A DNA stretch of 62,860 nt, filler included. It is 5 parts of 5 records of this genome, joined end to end, with 100 filler letters (N's around TTAATTAATTAA, not from the genome) between each part and the next. Parts side by side here need not be neighbours in the genome. Positions count along the whole stretch, not along the records: positions 1 to 27,838 come from SRR20825006_246; 4 more parts are not named here. The stretch is one strand, 5' to 3'. Below, in pieces: positions 1 to 10,014 of the stretch. The notes beneath the pieces are model-generated. The model searched no databases. It was not told the DNA's origin and saw only the letters and a list, made by a program, of their open reading frames with translations. Each line of letters begins with the position of its first letter. Within the stretch, counting starts at the first letter, position 1. A program made the position numbers and the translations under genes.

Positions 1-332
1 AGCAGGCGCAGATAGTCGTAGATTTCGGTGATGGTGCCCACGGTGGAGCGCGGGTTGTGGCTGGTGGACTTCTGCTCAATGGAAATGGCGGGGCTCAGCC
101 CTTCGATGTGGTCCACATCGGGCTTTTCCATCATCGACAGGAACTGGCGGGCGTAGGTGGACAGCGATTCCACATAACGGCGCTGGCCTTCCGCGTACAG
201 GGTGTCGAACGCCAGAGAGGATTTGCCGGAACCGGACAGGCCGGTGATCACCACCAGCTTGTCCCGGGGTATATCCAGGTCCACGTTCTTCAGGTTATGG
301 GTGCGTGCGCCACGAACCAGAATGGTATCCAT
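1..332 (-). CDS. uvrA: Excinuclease ABC subunit A, N-terminus (partial, runs off window start)
   Basis: Manual translation from ATG at 332: [55 protein letters not shown], the UvrA Walker A region; not in the ORF track. Confidence 0.97.
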   Translation of the reverse strand, partial: MDTILVRGARTHNLKNVDLDIPRDKLVVITGLSGSGKSSLAFDTLYAEGQRRYVESLSTYARQFLSMMEKPDVDHIEGLSPAISIEQKSTSHNPRSTVGTITEIYDYLRL

Positions 333-348
333 CTACTGCCCCTGAGTA

Positions 349-364
349 CTGTCAAAATGAACAG
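349..364. promoter_or_regulatory. LexA (SOS) box upstream of uvrA
   Basis: CTGT-CAAAATGA-ACAG matches the gammaproteobacterial CTGT-N8-ACAG consensus, 16 bp upstream of the uvrA ATG. Confidence 0.85.
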
Positions 365-376
365 GGCAGTATAAGG

Positions 377-451
377 GACGCTGGACGCCCGACGCCAGAC
401 GCAGGATGCGAAAAGCCGGCGTCAGGCATTTGGCGTCTTGCGTCAGGCGTG
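377..451. repeat. Inverted array of heptamer repeats (hairpin)
   Basis: GACGCTG GACGCCC GACGCCA GACGCAG GATGCGA followed by five complementary units (CGGCGTC AGGCATT TGGCGTC TTGCGTC AGGCGTG). Confidence 0.8.
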
Positions 452-452
452 G

Positions 453-1103
453 TTACAGATTTTCCTGGGCCCAGTTCACCGCTTGCAGGCGGTTGGAAGC
501 GTTGATTTTCTTGAAGATATTGTAGATGTGGGTCTTGATGGTGTGCGGGCTCAGGTTCAGGCTGCTGGCGATTTCCGAGTTCTTGGCGCCGGTGGCCATG
601 ACTTTCAGCACTTCCACTTCCCGGTCTGTCAGGCTGACTTCGCTGCGTGAGAAGGTCTTGTTGAAGGTTCGGCTCTTCATCAAGTAGGTCTGCAATACGG
701 CGCGCGGGAACCACAGCTCGCCGTCGAAAATGGCCTTGATACCTTTGCTGAGCAGGGCTTGGGGGCAATCGTGCTGAAAACCGCCGTTGACCATGGGAAG
801 CCCGGCCAGTTTGGAGAGTGACTCATCGCTGTCCACGTTGAAAACGGCGATCAGAACATCGCTTTCCACTTCCTGGTCGGCTTCCAGCAAGTGGGCGATG
901 ACTTCATTCACGTCCACTGAGTGGTAGTCCACCAGAAACAGGTTTTGGTTCTGTTCGCGCAGGATCTCGGTGGTGATATCCAGAGCGGTGGGAATGCTTT
1001 TGGCTGCCACGTCTTCCTTGACGAGAAATTCTGTAAGCAGGGCGTTTTGCAGCTGTTGGCTGCCGACCACGTAAACTTGCTGGGTATGTTCTTGGCTATT
1101 CAT
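453..1103 (-). CDS. LuxR-family transcriptional regulator (CsgD/VpsT-like)
   Basis: Receiver-like N-terminus, GELWFPR linker, C-terminal LTDREVEVL...GAKNSEIA..LNLSPHTIKTHIYNIFKKINASNRLQA HTH. Confidence 0.9.
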   Translation of the reverse strand: MNSQEHTQQVYVVGSQQLQNALLTEFLVKEDVAAKSIPTALDITTEILREQNQNLFLVDYHSVDVNEVIAHLLEADQEVESDVLIAVFNVDSDESLSKLAGLPMVNGGFQHDCPQALLSKGIKAIFDGELWFPRAVLQTYLMKSRTFNKTFSRSEVSLTDREVEVLKVMATGAKNSEIASSLNLSPHTIKTHIYNIFKKINASNRLQAVNWAQENL

Positions 1104-1368
1104 TGGCCCCGTCCGTGATTACTCAGGCAAACACCTAAGAAAAAAAACTGATCAGCCTGTCAATTTATCACCGCTTTGGCGGGGGTTCAATTTGATGCAC
1201 TCGAGTTTTACCGATTTCACGATCGGAGGTTGTGGGCCGGCTCTTCGGGGCACTGGTTCTGACGGGGCCGGAATCTGCTACACTGCGTGCCCTTTTGTAT
1301 CGGCCGGGGTTGCGGCAGCTGTATGCTGCGGTGCAGCGGCCTCTCCGGGTTAGGAGCGATCACGGTTC

Positions 1369-2736
1369 ATGACGGCATCATCTTCCCATGCCCTGCAGCG
1401 GACAGAACTGAAAACCACGGGTTATCTGGCAACCATTTTCGCGTTGCGGATGTTTGGTTTGTTCATGATCCTGCCGATTTTTGCAGTCTACGGGCAGGCC
1501 CTTGAAGGGGCTTCCCCGCTTTTGATCGGTACGGCCATTGGCGCCTATGGCCTGATGCAGGCGCTGCTGCAGATTCCTTTTGGCATGCTGTCGGACCGTT
1601 TTGGTCGTCGCCCGTTGCTATTGATTGGCCTGTTGCTGTTTATTGCCGGTGGCGCAGTGGCGGCCATGAGTGACCATATTTACGGAGTGATTGCGGGGCG
1701 GGCGCTGCAGGGAGCCGGGGCCATCGCCAGCGTGATCATGGCGTTGATTGGTGATGTGGTGACGGAAAAGCACCGTACCCGGGCCATGGCGCTGATTGGC
1801 ATGTCCGTGGGCGGCTCTTTTGTTCTGGCACTGATTCTGGGCCCCTTGCTGGCGGGATGGTTGGGTTTGTCCGGCCTGTTCTGGATGACCTCGGTGCTGG
1901 GGGGCTTTGCCTTGCTGGTTGCTTTTGTGGTGCCGGCTCCGAAAGCCTTGCAGGGTGAGGCATTGCCCGCGTCGGAACGTTTCCGCCGAGTATTGGGCAG
2001 TAAGACATTGCTGCGTTTTGATGTGGGTATTTTCAGCCTGCATCTGATCATGACCGCATCCTTTGTGGTGGTGCCTGCCCTGCTTAGCGATCGCCTGGGG
2101 CTGACGCTGCAAAGCCACAGCTTGCTGTATCTGGCGGTGCTGGTGGCAGGGTTCTTGGCCATGGTGCCGTTGATTATCCGGGCGGAGCGCCGCGGAGCGG
2201 TGCCCATGAAACGTCTGGCGGTGGTATTGCTGGCAGTTTCCCAGTTGTTGCTGGCGCTGGCCGGCGCGCAATTGTGGCATTTTGTCCTGGCCTTGCTGGT
2301 TTTCTTTACGGCTTTTAACCTGCTGGAAGCCTTGTTGCCCTCGCTGGTGGGGCGCGCTGCGCCTGCCGGCACCCGCGGAACAGCCATGGGGGTGTACTCC
2401 ACCAGCCAGTTTTTGGGCGTGTTTGTCGGCGGGCAAATGGGGGGCGCGCTGTATCAATGCGTGGGCGCGGAAGCCGTTTTTTATGGCTGCGGGTCACTGG
2501 CGCTGGTCTGGTTGCTGGTGCTGGTGGGCATGAAAGAACTGCCCAAGCTGGATAACCGGGTTCTGTCGTTGTCCCCCGGGCAGGACTGGCAGGCCCTGAC
2601 TGAGCGGCTGAAATCCGTGCCCGGGGTGGTAGAAACAGTGATTGTAGAAGAGCAGGCCCTGGCTCTGCTGAAGGTGGATGCTGGCCAGTTGGATGAGCAA
2701 CAGTTACAGGGTGTCGCCGGAGCCGGACAAAGCTGA
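1369..2736 (+). CDS. yajR: MFS transporter, YajR-like
   Basis: About 12 TM segments, motif A GMLSDRFGRR, C-terminal YAM-like domain, conserved position between uvrA and ssb. Confidence 0.88.
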   Translation: MTASSSHALQRTELKTTGYLATIFALRMFGLFMILPIFAVYGQALEGASPLLIGTAIGAYGLMQALLQIPFGMLSDRFGRRPLLLIGLLLFIAGGAVAAMSDHIYGVIAGRALQGAGAIASVIMALIGDVVTEKHRTRAMALIGMSVGGSFVLALILGPLLAGWLGLSGLFWMTSVLGGFALLVAFVVPAPKALQGEALPASERFRRVLGSKTLLRFDVGIFSLHLIMTASFVVVPALLSDRLGLTLQSHSLLYLAVLVAGFLAMVPLIIRAERRGAVPMKRLAVVLLAVSQLLLALAGAQLWHFVLALLVFFTAFNLLEALLPSLVGRAAPAGTRGTAMGVYSTSQFLGVFVGGQMGGALYQCVGAEAVFYGCGSLALVWLLVLVGMKELPKLDNRVLSLSPGQDWQALTERLKSVPGVVETVIVEEQALALLKVDAGQLDEQQLQGVAGAGQS

Positions 2737-2826
2737 CACAATGGACAGCTTGATTGAGTTTGTCGTCCAGCGGCGATGACGAGAAGATAGACAGTAGTCA
2801 GACCATAAGAAGTCACGGAGAGAAAC

Positions 2827-3342
2827 ATGGCGCGCGGCGTTAACAAGGTAATTTTGATCGGTAACCTGGGGGCGGATCCGGAAACCCGCTTTATGCCCAG
2901 CGGTGGCGCTGTCACGAATGTGCGGCTGGCCACCAGTGAAAGCTGGAAAGACCGTCAGAGCGGCCAGATGCAGGAACGCACCGAATGGCACCGGGTGGTG
3001 TTTTTCAACAAGCTGGGCGAGATTGCTGGCGAGTACCTGAAAAAAGGCTCCAAGGTGTACATCGAAGGCTCCATCCGTACCCGCAAGTGGCAGGGGCAGG
3101 ACGGCCAGGATCGTTACACCACCGAAATCGTGGCCAACGAGATGCAGATGCTGGATGGGCGCGGTGATGGCGGCGGCCAGGGCGGCGGGTATACCCAGTC
3201 TTCCCCGGCTCAGGGCAATCAGGGTGGCTACGGTAATGATAGCCAGTCCGGAGGCAGCCAGCCGGCGCAGAACCAGAATAGCAACCAGGGCGGCGGTTTC
3301 AGCGGCCCGGCGGATGACTTCGACGACGACATCCCGTTCTGA
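2827..3342 (+). CDS. ssb: Single-stranded DNA-binding protein
   Basis: [19 protein letters not shown]...DDFDDDIPF. Confidence 0.99.
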   Translation: MARGVNKVILIGNLGADPETRFMPSGGAVTNVRLATSESWKDRQSGQMQERTEWHRVVFFNKLGEIAGEYLKKGSKVYIEGSIRTRKWQGQDGQDRYTTEIVANEMQMLDGRGDGGGQGGGYTQSSPAQGNQGGYGNDSQSGGSQPAQNQNSNQGGGFSGPADDFDDDIPF

Positions 3343-3368
3343 TCGGTAGACAGGAAACCGGCTCCGTT

Positions 3369-4097
3369 ATGCCACGAAAAATAACACTGGCGCTGCTTTT
3401 CAGCGTCAGCCTGCTACTGTTCCTGCTGCTGCTGATGCCGGCAGCCGTATTGGTGGAGCGCGTCCCGGCCCTGCGGCCTGGCGGTGCACCGCTGGTCATT
3501 ACTAACCCGCAGGGGCTCTGGTGGGACGGGCAGGCGAACTGGCAATGGCAGCGCCGCCAGGGAACAGTGCAGTGGGCGCTGGACTGGCACGGGCTGGTGC
3601 CAGGCCTGGCACTGAAGACCCGCAGTGATGATGACGCCGCGCGCCTGTCCGGTTGGCTGGGTGCAGATTGGGGTGACTGGCAATTGCAGCAGGCCCGGCT
3701 TTCGTTGCCGGTGGCGCTGGTAGCTGACCATATTCCCCAGGGCAGTGCAGACGGGCGTGTGGACGCGACCCTGATGCAGATTACCTTTGGTGATGCCAAG
3801 ATCAAGGCATTGCAGGGCACGTTGCAGTACGGCGGCGGCACGGTCAGCTGGGGCCGCAATGGCTCCGCAACGGTACCGGTGCTGCAGGGCCGTTTAAGCA
3901 TGGAAAATACGCAGCCGACATTGCAAGTGGTGGGGCCGGAGAGTGAGGCGCTGGTGGATGCCCGGCTGGCAGATGGGCGCTTCGAACTGGAAGTGCGGCG
4001 TGCCTGGCCCATGCTGTTGGGTGTGAGCCAGGGAGGTAATCCGGAGGATGTGGTATTCCAGATGTCGCAACCTTTTGCTCTGCCGGGTGGTCAGTAA
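3369..4097 (+). CDS. gspN: Type II secretion system protein N
   Basis: N-terminal TM then MPAA, GLWWDGQA motif; directly upstream of gspC-gspD. Confidence 0.75.
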   Translation: MPRKITLALLFSVSLLLFLLLLMPAAVLVERVPALRPGGAPLVITNPQGLWWDGQANWQWQRRQGTVQWALDWHGLVPGLALKTRSDDDAARLSGWLGADWGDWQLQQARLSLPVALVADHIPQGSADGRVDATLMQITFGDAKIKALQGTLQYGGGTVSWGRNGSATVPVLQGRLSMENTQPTLQVVGPESEALVDARLADGRFELEVRRAWPMLLGVSQGGNPEDVVFQMSQPFALPGGQ

Positions 4098-4192
4098 CAC
4101 TATATTGCAATAATAAGCCGTAGAATCCGGTAGGTTGTAGCCTTTGCCATATCGGTAATCGGTAAAACGATAAAGGAAGTCGCAGGACAGTT

Positions 4193-5056
4193 ATGTCGCA
4201 ACTGGCGAGTTGGGGAAAGCAGCAGCAATGGGGCGCACCGCTTCGGTGGGTGATCTCTGTATTGCTGGTGGTCGTGCTGGCCTATGTGTTGGCGCAGACC
4301 GTGTGGCTATTGTGGTATGGCCCCAGTGAGCCCGTGCCGGCGAATACCCGGACGCGCCTGGAGGTCTCCTCTTCTGGCGATGCTCCGACCCTCTCCCAAG
4401 CCCAGATCGATAACTGGCAACTGTTCGGTAACTATGAGCCCGTGGCCAGCACCGGCAATGACAAGCCCACCGACGCCCCCGATACCCGCCTGCGCCTGGA
4501 GCTGCTGGGGGTCTTCCAGAATGCCGATACCAAGCGCGCCACGGCGATTATTGCCGAGAAAGGCAAAGAGGGTGAGCTGTACCATATCGGTGACAGTATT
4601 CCCGGTAACGCTAAACTGGAAGAAGTGTACCCCGACCGGGTGATCCTGCGCCGGGCGGGCCGACTGGAAACGCTGCGCTGGAGTGACAATGCCTTGGGCG
4701 GTGTGACTGAAGTGACGCGTGATCCTGCACCCCGACCGGCGCCCACGGCACCTGCCGGCAATGAGGGCGGGGCGGCCGATCTGGCACGCCAGCGTACCAC
4801 TATTATTGGTCAGCTGGGGCTGGAGCCTGTCACTGAGGGTGGCAGCGCCGGTTACCGGTTGGGCAAACGTGCTCCAAAACAATTGCTTGCGCAGGTTGGC
4901 CTGCAAAGCGATGACGTAATTCTCTCGGTTAACGGACACCCGCTGGGAACAGAAAGCAACGACATGGCGGCTCTGCGTTCGTATCAGGACACCCAGCAGG
5001 CATCCATCGTGGTGCAACGGGGTGACCAGCAATTTACCGTGAACTATCCGCCTTAG
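4193..5056 (+). CDS. gspC: Type II secretion system protein C
   Basis: TM, APDTRLRLELLGV HR domain, EVYPDRVIL, C-terminal PDZ-like GLQSDDVILSVNG. Confidence 0.92.
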   Translation: MSQLASWGKQQQWGAPLRWVISVLLVVVLAYVLAQTVWLLWYGPSEPVPANTRTRLEVSSSGDAPTLSQAQIDNWQLFGNYEPVASTGNDKPTDAPDTRLRLELLGVFQNADTKRATAIIAEKGKEGELYHIGDSIPGNAKLEEVYPDRVILRRAGRLETLRWSDNALGGVTEVTRDPAPRPAPTAPAGNEGGAADLARQRTTIIGQLGLEPVTEGGSAGYRLGKRAPKQLLAQVGLQSDDVILSVNGHPLGTESNDMAALRSYQDTQQASIVVQRGDQQFTVNYPP

Positions 5057-7188
5057 TGAGTGGTTTTATGACGCCTTTTTTCAGAACGTCTCTATCAAGA
5101 ATAATATTGCTGTTGGCACTGTCGGCCGTCATGGTGACGGCTCATGCGCGGACCACCAATGAAGTGCAGGCCAGTGACGACGGCAAGAGCTGGACGGTGA
5201 ATATCCGCAACGCGGACATTCAGGCGTTTATCAGCCAGGTGGCTGACATGACCGGCAAGAATTTCGTGGTGGACCCCCGGGTACGGGCCCGGGATGTGAC
5301 GGTGGTGTCCACCAAGTCACTCACCTCCAGCGAAGTCTATGAGCTGTTCCTGTCCGTGCTTCAGGTGCACGGTTACGCGGCGGTGCCGGCCGGCGACATC
5401 ATCAAGATTGTGCCCAACACCACGGCCAAGCAGAGCAATCTGCCGCTGGTAGGCAAGAATGCAGCCGGTGGAGAAGAGTTGGTGACCCGGGTGATTCCGG
5501 TGGAAAACTCGCCGGTGGAAGAGTTGGTGCCAGTACTGCGCCCGTTGGTGCCCCAGTACGGCCATCTGGCGGCGGTGGGGTCTGCCAATGCGCTGATCAT
5601 CAGTGATCACATGGACAACATCCGTCGCATGGAAGCGATTATTGCCAGCCTGGATAGTGCGGAATCCGAAGACGTTCAGGTGATCAAGCTCAAGTATGCC
5701 TTCGCTGGTGACATGGTGAAGATGCTCGAAAGCCTGACGCCACAGACCGGTGGCCGCCGTGGTAAAACGCCGGAAGGTGGCGTTACGGTGGTGGCGGATG
5801 AGCGCACCAACCGGTTGATCATCAAAGGTGACCGGGTCACCCGCCAGCGCATGGTGCAGATGGTGAACAGCCTGGACACCGAAGAAAGCGACAATGGCGG
5901 TGTACAGGTAATACGTCTTAGCCATGGTGATGCCAAGACCCTGGCCGAATTGCTCAAGAACTTTGCTGACGGTGCCTCGGTGACCAAGGCCGGAGGTGAC
6001 GGCAAGGCCGTCACAAGCACGGTATCGAACAACAGCAAGGTATCCATCCAGGCAGACGAATCGCTCAATGCCCTGGTGATCCGGGCTGAACCGGCAATGA
6101 TGAAAGAGCTGCAATCGGTGATCAGCCAGCTGGATGTGCGTCGGGCGCAGATCCTGATTGAAGCGGCGATTGTGGAAATTTCCGGGGAGCAGGGCAAGAA
6201 CCTGGGCTTTCAGTATGTGGCCGGCAGCGATGATAGCGGTGTGGGCGCAGTGAATTTTGGCGGTAACGGGCTAAGCATCAACTCTGTACTGCAGGCTGTG
6301 GCCACAGATGATCCTTCCAGTCTGAGTCTGGGGGATGGCATTACCGCCGGGCTTGGCGAAACCGATTCCAATGGTGACTTGAAGTGGGGGGCGTTGATTC
6401 AGGCGCTGTCCACATCATCGGATGTGAACCTGTTGTCCACGCCCAGTATCCTGACCCTGGACAACGAAGAGGCGTCCATCGTGGTGGGGGAAAACGTGCC
6501 TTTCGTGACCGGGCAAAGCACCAACACCGGCTCCGGGGTGTCTAATCCGTTTACCACCATTCAGCGGGAAGACGTGGGTCTGACTCTCAAGGTCACCCCC
6601 CATGTGGCGGGCTTGTCCACCATTCGCCTGGAGCTGGAGCAGGAAAACTCGGCGGTGAAAGATTCCGCCGGCGATGCAGTGGATATCGTTACAACCACCC
6701 GCAAGCTGCAAAGCACGGTGTTGGCTGATGACGGTGAAACCATCGCGTTGGGTGGCCTGATCAAGGACGATATTCGCGTTACGGTGCGCAAGGTGCCGTT
6801 GCTGGGGGATATTCCGCTGTTGGGCTTCCTGTTCCGCTCTACCAGCAAGGATCGGGTGAAGAGTAACCTGATGGTGTTCCTGAAGCCGACCATTCTGGCC
6901 AATAATGATCGCCTGGTGAAAATGAGCCAGGAAAAGTATATGGGTCTGACAGCCCTGCAGTTCCGTCTTAACAAAGAAGGCGAGCTGGAGCAGGTGGAGA
7001 AAAACCCGATTCCGCAGACGCTGGATCATATTTTTGAAGGGCGTGCACCAGTGCCGCAGGATTTCCGTGATGCCTACTTCAAGGAGCAGGATGCGCCGAT
7101 TCCGGCCACTGAAAAAGAGGCTAAGGATAAAGAGCCGCGCCATGTGCCCGGTGTCGATCTCAAGGCGGCGAGTGAGCCCGATATTTGA
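5056..7188 (+). CDS. gspD: Type II secretion system secretin D
   Basis: NADIQAFISQVA..TGKNFVVDPRV N0 domain; NLLSTPSILTLDNEEASIVVGENVP and KVPLLGDIPLLGFLFRS secretin motifs. Confidence 0.97.
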   Translation: MSGFMTPFFRTSLSRIILLLALSAVMVTAHARTTNEVQASDDGKSWTVNIRNADIQAFISQVADMTGKNFVVDPRVRARDVTVVSTKSLTSSEVYELFLSVLQVHGYAAVPAGDIIKIVPNTTAKQSNLPLVGKNAAGGEELVTRVIPVENSPVEELVPVLRPLVPQYGHLAAVGSANALIISDHMDNIRRMEAIIASLDSAESEDVQVIKLKYAFAGDMVKMLESLTPQTGGRRGKTPEGGVTVVADERTNRLIIKGDRVTRQRMVQMVNSLDTEESDNGGVQVIRLSHGDAKTLAELLKNFADGASVTKAGGDGKAVTSTVSNNSKVSIQADESLNALVIRAEPAMMKELQSVISQLDVRRAQILIEAAIVEISGEQGKNLGFQYVAGSDDSGVGAVNFGGNGLSINSVLQAVATDDPSSLSLGDGITAGLGETDSNGDLKWGALIQALSTSSDVNLLSTPSILTLDNEEASIVVGENVPFVTGQSTNTGSGVSNPFTTIQREDVGLTLKVTPHVAGLSTIRLELEQENSAVKDSAGDAVDIVTTTRKLQSTVLADDGETIALGGLIKDDIRVTVRKVPLLGDIPLLGFLFRSTSKDRVKSNLMVFLKPTILANNDRLVKMSQEKYMGLTALQFRLNKEGELEQVEKNPIPQTLDHIFEGRAPVPQDFRDAYFKEQDAPIPATEKEAKDKEPRHVPGVDLKAASEPDI

Positions 7189-7212
7189 TATTTACGGGGC
7201 TTGGTTGTCGGC

Positions 7213-7244
7213 ATAAAAAAACGCGCTACGGCGCGTTTTTTTAT
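7213..7244. terminator. Bidirectional intrinsic terminator
   Basis: ATAAAAAAACGCGC-TACG-GCGCGTTTTTTTAT between convergent genes. Confidence 0.9.
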
Positions 7245-7299
7245 AGGCTTGAATATGTGATGGGGAAGAGCTGGCGAATATCTTGGTAGCAGAATCAGA

Positions 7300-8319
7300 T
7301 CAGGATTGCTGAAGGCTACGCAGGTTGGTCAGTACACGTTTGCTGCGTTCCAGTTTCTTGTTGAGTTCTTCATTGTCCGGGTACAGCGGCGCGACCTGCT
7401 TCCATATTCGGTAGGCCTCGCGGTACTGGCCTCGGGCATAGAGGGCCTCCCCGGTGTTCATCTCTTCTGCAAACCGGCGGCGGCACCATTGCTCGAGCTG
7501 TTTGCGATGGCTGGCCAGAGCCGGGTTGCCCGGGTGTCGGTTCAGGAAGGCGCGGGCGGCGAGCAGCGATTGCAGCTGGCCGTTGCGCTGGTAACGGCTC
7601 ATCCGTTGTTCTGCTTCGGTTTGCAGGGCCAGGTTGCGCTTGGCGCGGGCGCGCTGTTCTTCGTTGTTCAGCACTTGCTGGGCCTGGGCCAATACCGGAG
7701 ATGGTTCGGTCTGGGGGGCCAGCTGATGGGCAGAGCGCAGCAAGTCGCGGGCCAGCATCCACTGTTCCCGTTCACCAAAATATTCGCCGAGCGTGGTCAG
7801 GTCCAGGATCAGCTGCTGGCGTTCCTCGGCCAGGGTCTGACGTTCTTGCTTGGCGTCGACCGCGTGAAAGTTGGCCAGTTGCTGTTCCAGCCTGTCGTTG
7901 GCCAGCATGGCAGTCGCCTGGGCCTGGCGTCTCTCTGCCAGTAGCTGGTTCAGCTGGCGCTCTTCCAAAGTCGTCAGGGCGGCGCTCAATTCATCCATGG
8001 CCGCCGGGTTCAACACCTTGTCGCGGTTATCGTCCAGCAGCCTGAAGGCGTCCTCCCACTGCTGTTTCCTGCCCAGTTCCTGTGCCTGCTGAATGATGTG
8101 CTGGCGGTAGGCCTTGCTGGCCTGGCGAATACCGGGGTATTGCTCCTGCAGGGCGGGGTATTCCGGGTGCCTGGGTTTGGTCTGTTCAATAATGGCTGCC
8201 GCCCGGGCGTAGTCGTGCTGCTCCAGGGCGGCGCTGATATCGCTTTCCGGGTGGGGGTTGCCGAAGGTTGCACAGCCAGCCAGTACCGTGGCCAGGGTCA
8301 GGCTACTCGCCTTGTACAC
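7300..8319 (-). CDS. Helical/TPR-like lipoprotein, function unknown
   Basis: Lipobox VLAGC; TPR-like C-terminus GEALYARGQYREAYRIWKQVAPLYPDN. Confidence 0.75.
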   Translation of the reverse strand: MYKASSLTLATVLAGCATFGNPHPESDISAALEQHDYARAAAIIEQTKPRHPEYPALQEQYPGIRQASKAYRQHIIQQAQELGRKQQWEDAFRLLDDNRDKVLNPAAMDELSAALTTLEERQLNQLLAERRQAQATAMLANDRLEQQLANFHAVDAKQERQTLAEERQQLILDLTTLGEYFGEREQWMLARDLLRSAHQLAPQTEPSPVLAQAQQVLNNEEQRARAKRNLALQTEAEQRMSRYQRNGQLQSLLAARAFLNRHPGNPALASHRKQLEQWCRRRFAEEMNTGEALYARGQYREAYRIWKQVAPLYPDNEELNKKLERSKRVLTNLRSLQQS

Positions 8320-9802
8320 GTTGATGCTCCGTGTTCAGTTTTGCCAGAAACTGGGCAATACGTTGTTCCATCAGGGTTTCCGACAGGGCATGAACACCGT
8401 CAATGCGGTGAGTGCTGACCGGTTCGGCCTTGCCGCGAATGCGCATGGCGCCGAATTCCGTGGCGCGCACCCGGGAAGCAATGTTGGGGTTGGACAGGAG
8501 GGGGGCGGCAGCAATGATCTCGTTGCCGCCAGCCATGTTCGACAGTCGCGAAGCCAGGTTAACCGCATCGCCAACCACGGTGTACTGCATGCGATCACGC
8601 GAACCCAGGTTGCCGGCCAGCATGTCGCCGGAATTGATGCCGATGCGGAACGCCACCGTGGTTTCGCCACGGGCGTTGCGGTATTCATTAAGCCGTTCCA
8701 CCAGCCGCTGGATCATCACCGCACAACACAAGCCGTGGAACAGGTGCTCGTCATCTTTCTCCGGTACGCCAAAGACAATCATGGCGCAATCGCCCATGTA
8801 TTTGTCGATGGTGCCTCGGTAAAAGCTGGTGGCGGTGGTGATAGCATCAAAGTAGACGTTGAGCATGTCGGCAATGGCATCCGGGGCCAGATTCTCGGAC
8901 AGCCGGGTAAAGCCGACAATATCCGCGAAGACCACGGTGGCGGAAACGTCGCGGCCACCTAGCTGCACTTGATCCAGGTCAGCCATCATGTTGCGGGCCA
9001 CAGAGGGGCTGACGAAACGTTGTAGCACCCGTTCCACCTGGTCTTTTTCCAGCATGCCGTGAGCCATGGTGTTGTAGGCCTCGATCAGGCCGCCGATTTC
9101 ATCGTTACGGCGGTCCTGAATGCGATAGTTCAAATCGCCTTTGCGCATGGCGCTGGTGGCGGCCAGCAGATCATGAATGGGCTGGGCGAGCCGGCGGCTG
9201 ATCAGGAAGGCAACGATAATGGCAATCACGCTCATGATCAGAGTGGCAGTCACCATGGTGTCCTGCACGGCCTGGCGGGCCGCCATGATCGGGCGGTCAG
9301 ACAGGGAGATGGCAGTGTGCCCGGCCACTGCATCGCTGATCTTGATGGGGGCGTAGTAGGTGGTGACCGGCTCGTCTTCCAGGCTCCAGCGCTTTACCTG
9401 CTCGTGCAGTGGGCTGGCGGCCAGCGGCAGAATGCCGGCCTTGTCGATCAGGTTTCCGTCCCGGCCGAACAAGGCGGCGCCGCGCACACTGTCGCTGCGG
9501 CTCAGGTTGTTGAGCTGAACTTTGAGAAAGAAGGTGTCGTCAGCGAGCAGGGGTTCGCGGGCGGTGTTCGCCAGCTGCTGGGCAATGGCGGTGCCGAAGC
9601 TGTCGGCCTGGTCGCGCATGCGGCTGAGCTGGTTATTGAGCAGCAGGGTGCCGAGGATGGTCATTCCGCAGAGGATCAGCAAAGAGATGGACAGCCCCAG
9701 TTTCCAGGCCACCGGGAAATACGCAGGCACATAGGGAGCCAGCCACTCGCCGAGGCGGGTGCGTGGGGGGCTGGATTGTTCAGGTCCCTTTGGCGTATTC
9801 AC
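8303..9802 (-). CDS. Membrane class III adenylate/guanylate cyclase with HAMP domain
   Basis: 2 TM + HAMP (DEIGGLIEAYNTM), VFADIVGFT, IDKYMGDC, YTVVGDAVNLASRL. Confidence 0.93.
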   Translation of the reverse strand: MNTPKGPEQSSPPRTRLGEWLAPYVPAYFPVAWKLGLSISLLILCGMTILGTLLLNNQLSRMRDQADSFGTAIAQQLANTAREPLLADDTFFLKVQLNNLSRSDSVRGAALFGRDGNLIDKAGILPLAASPLHEQVKRWSLEDEPVTTYYAPIKISDAVAGHTAISLSDRPIMAARQAVQDTMVTATLIMSVIAIIVAFLISRRLAQPIHDLLAATSAMRKGDLNYRIQDRRNDEIGGLIEAYNTMAHGMLEKDQVERVLQRFVSPSVARNMMADLDQVQLGGRDVSATVVFADIVGFTRLSENLAPDAIADMLNVYFDAITTATSFYRGTIDKYMGDCAMIVFGVPEKDDEHLFHGLCCAVMIQRLVERLNEYRNARGETTVAFRIGINSGDMLAGNLGSRDRMQYTVVGDAVNLASRLSNMAGGNEIIAAAPLLSNPNIASRVRATEFGAMRIRGKAEPVSTHRIDGVHALSETLMEQRIAQFLAKLNTEHQRVQGE

Positions 9803-10014
9803 GTTGCATCCCTGGTGTTGCTGTGGGGGTGGATCTCCGTGTTTCTGTCAGCAAGCAGGTTGGCGCAGACCGGAACCCGTGGGCTTCGGTCTGTGCTTGT
9901 CAGCGGCAGTTCTTGCTGTCAAATTCAGGCATGTGTCTTATGCCAACAATAGCATTTTCGTCGTGCCGGGTAAGTAGCCGTCTGGCTGTTTATTGCCCGG
10001 CCCTGAATTAGGAT

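Noticed and set aside
1319-1338. Second LexA box upstream of the MFS/ssb genes
   Set aside because: CTGTATGCTGCGGTGCAG has the wrong spacing for CTG-N10-CAG.
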